Of a stretch of DNA of 64,000 bases, positions 58,588-64,000 are shown piece after piece (the stretch's first letter is position 1; every line of letters begins with the position of its first letter). The position numbers were made by a program, and so were the translations under genes. The notes below the pieces were generated by a model. The model had not been told where the DNA came from. It worked only from the letters and a program-made list of their open reading frames with translations, and made no database searches. Origin of the DNA: Thraustochytrium aureum (Eukaryota); assembly GCA_012862495.1 (NCBI GenBank), contig BLSG01000273.1:19113-83112 (forward strand). Direction: 5' to 3'.

Positions 58588-60366
58588 ATGGCCAAGACGC
58601 GCAGCCGCGAAAGCGNNNNNNNNNNNNNNNNNNNNNNNNNNNNNNNNNNNNNNNNNNNNNNNNNNNNNNNNNNNNNNNNNNNNNNNNNNNNNNNNNNNNN
58701 NNNNNNNNNNNNNNNNNNNNNNNNNNNNNNNNNNNNNNNNNNNNNNNNNNNNNNNNNNNNNNNNNNNNNNNNNNNNNNNNNNNNNNNNNNNNNNNNNNNN
58801 NNNNNNNNNNNNNNNNNNNNNNNNNNNNNNNNNNNNNNNNNNNNNNNNNNNNNNNNNNNNNNNNNNNNNNNNNNNNNNNNNNNNNNNNNNNNNNNNNNNN
58901 NNNNNNNNNNNNNNNNNNNNNNNNNNNNNNNNNNNNNNNNNNNNNNNNNNNNNNNNNNNNNNNNNNNNNNNNNNNNNNNNNNNNNNNNNNNNNNNNNNNN
59001 NNNNNNNNNNNNNNNNNNNNNNNNNNNNNNNNNNNNNNNNNNNNNNNNNNNNNNNNNNNNNNNNNNNNNNNNNNNNNNNNNNNNNNNNNNNNNNNNNNNN
59101 NNNNNNNNNNNNNNNNNNNNNNNNNNNNNNNNNNNNNNNNNNNNNNNNNNNNNNNNNNNNNNNNNNNNNNNNNNNNNNNNNNNNGAGACCTCCGACATGG
59201 ACGCCGGCGGCGCCAAGGCTGGCGACGGCGGCGAGGACGACGAGGACGAGAGCGCATCGTCGGACGAGGAGGAGACCGCGAAGGGCGGGCTGTCGCTTCA
59301 AGCTGCCCTGAAAAAGGCCATGGCCACAAACAAAGGCGGCGAGGGCGGTGGCTCTAGTAGCAGCGACGAGGAGGACGGGGGCGAGGAGGACAACCCCGAG
59401 GCGAGCGGAAGCGAAAGCGAGGGAGAAGGGCGCGGCAAGCAGAGCAAAAAGTCTTCGCTCGCGCGGCAGCGGCAGCGGCGCCGGGAGGAGGCAGAGACGG
59501 CCGCTCGCGAGCAGGCGCGGCTCGCTGACGACCAGAGCCCGCAGTCGGCGGACGACTACGAGCGCCTCCTGCTAGGCATGCCCAACTCGTCCTTGCTGTG
59601 GATCCAGTACATGGCCTTCCAAACGGCGCAGACCGAGGTGGACCAGGCCCGCGTGTTGGCCGAGCGCGCCCTGAAGACGATCAACTACCGCATGGAGGAG
59701 GAGAAGCAGAACGTGTGGTTCGCCCTGATGGAGCTAGAGTACAAGTTCGGGACGCCCGAGGCTGTCCAAGAGGTCATCAAGCGCATGCTGCCGCAAATGA
59801 ACCGCAAGCACGCCTACTTTCGCATCGCCGACATGTACGCCGCGGGCGGCGAGCTCGACAAGGCTGACGAAGCCCTGCGAAACGCCGTCAAGGCCAAGAA
59901 GGGGACCTCCAAGCAGGCGTGGCTGCGGCGCATCGAGCTCAAGTTTACCGCCGGCGACGTAGAGGGCGCCAAGACGCTGCTGCAGGCCGCAGTCAAGGCC
60001 TTGCCCCCGGCCAAGCACATGTTTATCTACCTCGCGTTCGCCCGCCTCGAGTTTTCCAGCCCAGAAAAGGGCGGCTCCCGCGAGCGCGCGCGCACGATGT
60101 GCGAGGAGCTCGTCAGCAGGGCACCAAAGCGCAACGACGTCTGGCACCAGTACATCGACTTGGAGATCAAGTTTGGTGGCGGCAACCAAGAGCAGGTCCG
60201 CAACCTCTTCAAGCGCGCCACCTCCGTCAAGCTCAGCGTGAAGAAGATCAAGGCCTTTTTCAAAAAGTGGCTCGTCTACGAGAACGCGCACGGCACCGAG
60301 GAGGGCGCCGAGACCGTCAAGGCCCTCGCGCGGGCGTACGTGCAGGCGCTCACGACCTCGGCATAG
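58588..60366 (+). CDS. RRP5: RRP5/PDCD11 C-terminal HAT-repeat region (gap 58616-59184; start inferred)
   Basis: PQSADDYERLLLGMPNSSLLWIQYMAF...ARVLAERALKTINYRMEEEKQNVW, PKRNDVWHQYIDLE and FFKKWL.YE..HG...VKALARAYV. Confidence 0.9.
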   Translation: MAKTRSRESXXXXXXXXXXXXXXXXXXXXXXXXXXXXXXXXXXXXXXXXXXXXXXXXXXXXXXXXXXXXXXXXXXXXXXXXXXXXXXXXXXXXXXXXXXXXXXXXXXXXXXXXXXXXXXXXXXXXXXXXXXXXXXXXXXXXXXXXXXXXXXXXXXXXXXXXXXXXXXXXXXXXXXXXXXXXXXXXXXXXXXXXXXXXXXETSDMDAGGAKAGDGGEDDEDESASSDEEETAKGGLSLQAALKKAMATNKGGEGGGSSSSDEEDGGEEDNPEASGSESEGEGRGKQSKKSSLARQRQRRREEAETAAREQARLADDQSPQSADDYERLLLGMPNSSLLWIQYMAFQTAQTEVDQARVLAERALKTINYRMEEEKQNVWFALMELEYKFGTPEAVQEVIKRMLPQMNRKHAYFRIADMYAAGGELDKADEALRNAVKAKKGTSKQAWLRRIELKFTAGDVEGAKTLLQAAVKALPPAKHMFIYLAFARLEFSSPEKGGSRERARTMCEELVSRAPKRNDVWHQYIDLEIKFGGGNQEQVRNLFKRATSVKLSVKKIKAFFKKWLVYENAHGTEEGAETVKALARAYVQALTTSA

Positions 60367-60752
60367 CTCGAAGCGGCGCCTTCCTATCTGTAGAGACAAG
60401 TGCTACGGTATTAAACACTTCTGACCCGGCTCTGTTGCTCCCCCGCCCGCCCCGTTGCCGGCCCGCCGCGTCCTTGCCCGCACAGCGCGGCCCGCCTGGG
60501 GGTGGGAGGACTCGCACGCATCTCGCGGGCACGCAGGTGGACGTTTCGCCGCAGTCCCGGTCGGCGCGCGCCCTCTCCCCCCGCCAGCGCGCGAGTGGAC
60601 CAACTCGCCTCCAGAGCGCGAAGTGCGCTTGAGCGAGAGCGAGAGCGAGCGCGCCCGCGCCCCGTGCCAGCCCCGGCGAGCAGCGCGAAGACGGCGGTCA
60701 GGTGGTGGCGGCCATCGGCGCGCGCGAACAAGAAAACGGCGGCGAGGCGGCG

Positions 60753-61449
60753 ATGGCGGACGGCGAGGACACGCGGCGCCTTGCGCGGTCGTACAGCGCA
60801 AGGAGCGAGGACGCGTTTCACAAGCTCGAGGTGCTCGCCGAGATGATGTCAGCGAAGGAGAAACGCTTCGGCGAGCTGGTCGCGAAGTGCACCAAGCCCA
60901 TCACCGGGAGCACCGCGTACGAAGAGCTCGTCCGAGTCAAGAACGACCTGGCTATGATGGTGGGCGAGTAAGTCGGTGGGCGGCGGGCTCTGCGCCTCCT
61001 AGGCGGGCGCAGGCCGCTGGGCGAAGGTGCATATATCGCCGACGCCGTTTGGTTTTGCACGAGACGTAGGGGCTCGCGGGACCGACCTGACGACGCTGCT
61101 GCTGCGCAGGATCGACAAGCTGCAGATGACCGGCATTGATGCGGTTATGGTGAGTAGTTCGTTGGCTTTGGCGTGCTCGCGCAGGGCCCAGGTTCGGGCT
61201 GACAAGCGCGCCGGGATCCCACAGGTCGGCGAGCTGAGCACAGGCAAGGAGGAAGCGCGGTAAGTTCGCGATTTGGCTGAACGCAAGGCGCGGGCCGGGC
61301 CGCCAGCGTGCAATCAGTGGGCCCGCGCTGACGGATGGCGCAGCGCGAGTCGCAAGCTGTTAAACAAGCGCGCGCAGACCCTGAGCGAGAGGATAAAGGA
61401 GCTGCATGCCTCCCTCGTCGCGCACCTCGAAAGCGCGGCAGGCAAGTGA
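60753..61449 (+). CDS. Small BAG-domain-like helical protein (4 exons: 60753-60967, 61110-61149, 61225-61259, 61344-61449)
   Basis: Three GT(A/G)AGT...CAG introns with CTGAC branch points give an open frame ...LAMMVGEIDKLQMTGIDAVMVGELSTGKEEARASRKLLNKRAQ..., similar to the BAG helix 2-3 pattern (+D.+..G.+.AR..RK.L). Confidence 0.65.
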
Positions 61450-61600
61450 CCAGGGCTTGCTTTGCTAGCCGCCAGCCTGTCGGGTCATCAAGTGGCCGCC
61501 CCTGGATTCTGGAGCGCTGCGTTTAAGGAAAGTGAGCAGGTGAGTCTCGATTCAGCTGGCGCTACTCTACATAAGGTGGCCCACGCCGCGCCACCAACCT

Positions 61601-62163
61601 CTAGTGCACGTAGAGCCCGACCACGACGACGCAGCACCAAAGCGCCTCCGAAATAAAGTTGATTTCTGCAGAGCTGTCCAAATTTGACTCCCACAAGCAA
61701 TGCGACGCGACACGCACCGTTTGGCCCTTGTTCTCGCCCAAGTTGGTCTGCACGACGACCTTGTACCTGTTCAAGTCGAGATCTGCGCGGCGGTCGAGTC
61801 ACAGCCCAATCAGCAACCCCGCCCTTTCCTCCGATGGCGCCCCAAGCCCCGATGCCACCACCCTCACTCAAACTTACCCCGGATCTTCTCCATCACCAAG
61901 TTGGTCACGTTCTGGGAGATTTCGGTGTTGCTCTCCTTGTCGTCGCTCCACGACTTGTCGCGAAGGTAGGCCTGCACGACGGGCGTGCACGCATCTTCGA
62001 CTTTGTTCTTCGTAAACCTGCGCCCGACGAAAAGGACCGGTCAGCCCCTTGTCCATGGCGCGCCCATGCGCGGCAGCCTCCCACCTACCTACCTATTGTC
62101 GATCACAGGCTCCACCTCGTACGTGGGCTGCTGAATGCGGATCACGCGAATCCCGTCCTCCAT
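61601..62163 (-). CDS. Tctex-1 family dynein light chain (3 exons: 62163-62093, 62017-61878, 61782-61601); not resolved by ORF track
   Basis: Spliced protein MEDGIRVIRIQQPTYEVEPVIDNRFTKNKVE...DLDLNRYKVVVQTNLGENKGQTVRVASHCLWESNLDSSAEINFISEALWCCVVVVGLYVH*. An upstream exon is possible. Confidence 0.88.
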
Positions 62164-62655
62164 CTCTGCAGGCCGCCCCAACGCAACGCGCCCCCCGTCG
62201 AGCAGGCGCCTGTTTGCCGGCAGGGCGCGACGCTCGCAAAGGCTAATCCGAAAAGCTGCGCGCGCAAGACTGGCTGCCTGGATGCCTGCCGCTGCCCCTT
62301 GCGAGTCTGCTGGGCGCCCAGCGCAAGTGCAACGGAATGAAGCAAGTCGCTGAGCTCATTCTGCTCGACCGTTGAGAGGTTAGACGCAGGCCAGTCGAGG
62401 GCCGGACACAGGTGTTGCGCCGTGGATCGACCCATCGACCGATTGATGCGCCGTGGTGGCGCCTCGGCGGACGAGCGCGGGCGCGAAGATGGAGGAGTAG
62501 ATGGAGGGTATGAGGAGGTTTTGAGAGAAGGATTTTTGCTGACAGACCTGGCTGCGGAACAACCCGCCGCCGACCAGACTCGACGAAACGAGCGACGGCA
62601 GCGGGGAGGAGCCGGCACGCCAGACCAGGCGCGGGCAGAACCGCCCAGCGCTCGA

Positions 62656-63472
62656 TTAGTCAGCTGCCTCGTCGAGGTAGTCGCGGACCTCCGCGGGCGT
62701 CAGGATGCGAAACTTGCGGTCCTCCCGGACCACGCCGATCTCGATGTTGTGCTCGGTCATCTCGCCCTCGAACCCTTCGCGCATGGTCTGGAGCGCCGTG
62801 TGAATGGCATCTTCAATCTCCATGTCTTCCTTGTACCGCTTTTCGAGAAAAGTTTTCGCGTTGACAAAGTCTTGGCCGATTGCCGTGGCCTTCCAGCCGA
62901 AAAACGCGCCACTCGGGTCGGCCTGGAACAGCTGCGGCCCGTCGTCGTCATAGCCAGCGATGAGCAGCGAGACGCCGAACGGCCGCACGCCACCGGCCTG
63001 CGTGTACTCTTGCATGACCTGCGCAGTTCCGCGCGCGAGCTGGGACTGTGTGCAGCGAGAGGTAGGAAAGGGAGGCGGGTTGTCAGGATCAGATACGCGC
63101 ACAAACAAGGCAAGCAGAGCAGGTGTGGGCGCGGAGGAAAGAGGGACTTACGGTGGGGATGGGGTCCAGGTACTTGCGAAAGTACGTCTGCGCGTGCTTG
63201 CGGGCCCGCTTGAGGAGGACGCGGTAGTCTGGGCCGAGCCCGCTGTATACCACGCCAATATTGTCGGTGACGTTCTTGACCTTGTGAAACCCCTCCAGGT
63301 CCACGAGAGCAGGCACCTTGCGGCTCGTCGCGAGCACGACGCCGTCCTTGGCGCGAATCCCCAGCGAGGTCTTGCCCTTCTTGTTCACCGCGTTGAGCGC
63401 ATGCTCGATCTGCAAGAGCTTGCCCGACGGGCTAAACGTCGTCAAACTAAACGAGTACGCCGAGTCCCCCAT
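62656..63472 (-). CDS. PSMA2: 20S proteasome subunit alpha-2 (intron 63151-63046)
   Basis: [40 protein letters not shown] and WKATAIG; the GT-AG intron restores PIPTSQLAR. Confidence 0.97.
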
Positions 63473-63645
63473 GCTGCCTTCCCCAACGCCCGTTCACAAA
63501 CACACACACGCACCCGTCCGCTGGATGGATACTCTTGCGCTGCTCGCGACGGTTTGACACGGGCGCCGCTCCGACGCGCGACCGACAGACAGCGTCGCGC
63601 ACCTCCCAATCGACACCGCAGCCCAGCGCACCCGTGCGTATCCGC

Positions 63646-63673
63646 GCAGCAGCAGCAGCAGCAGCAGCAGCAG
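63646..63673. repeat. (CAG)9 microsatellite upstream of PSMA2
   Basis: Pure CAG run. Confidence 0.9.
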
Positions 63674-64000
63674 TCCCTCGAAGCCCCTCCTCGCGCGCGC
63701 CCTCCCGCCTGCTCGCCCTCCTGCGCCGCTCACGTTCTGCTCCTGCCGCCGCTTCGCCACGCTTCCACCACGACCCCAGCACAGACCCAAACCATCCTCG
63801 ATGGACACTCTTGACCAGCACGCCTGACCTCGAATTATCCTCTTGCGGGAGAGGAGCTTCGCTGGGACTCTAGACAAAAGGGCCTTCGCCGCCGGCGATG
63901 AACAAAAGGAACACGCTTTCAGAAGGATTCTGTGAACAAAAGGATCAGCAGCGGTACCAGTACTTACCGGTAGGTGCGTTCGTGACGTTGTGGGGGATGC

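Noticed and set aside
43450..60366. Possible ribosome-biogenesis cluster (URB2-like, RRP5) or flagellar cluster (SF-assemblin, Tctex)
   Set aside because: The genes are separated by unrelated genes; consistent with chance in a dense genome.
63840..64000. Possible 3' exon and short intron of a minus-strand gene at the window edge
   Set aside because: The candidate intron is only ~38 nt, shorter than the others here, and no protein is recognisable.

Overview
This is gene-dense, GC-rich eukaryotic genomic DNA with short GT-AG introns and many N gaps. It probably comes from a flagellated protist: it has SF-assemblin and a Tctex-type dynein light chain. A stramenopile such as a labyrinthulomycete or MAST lineage is my guess, but the sequence alone cannot prove that. 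About 30 protein-coding genes are visible. The housekeeping set is an ABCG transporter, MND1, CDC23/APC8, a SAPS-like PP6 regulator, an ankyrin protein, ETFDH, an isochorismatase, p23, SF-assemblin, an OAC1-like carrier, Mpv17/PMP22, URB2-like, PP1 inhibitor-3, prolyl oligopeptidase, the RRP5 C-terminus, a BAG-like protein, Tctex and PSMA2. Many conserved genes carry single-base indels, most likely consensus errors, so the ORF track fragments them. I see no convincing multi-gene novel system, no CRISPR array, no RNA gene and no intact mobile element. The best leads are single-gene oddities: a bacterial-type ArsJ arsenic exporter with a Cys-cluster insertion, a giant secreted NHL-LCCL-EGF protein, an EGF plus AIG1/rolling-stone-like membrane protein, a probable WW-NIPA fusion, a sulfotransferase with internal hydrophobic helices, an apparently S1-less RRP5, a degenerate acyl-CoA synthetase, and an in-frame TGA at a conserved Trp in the prolyl oligopeptidase. 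Family calls come from motif recognition, not database searches.
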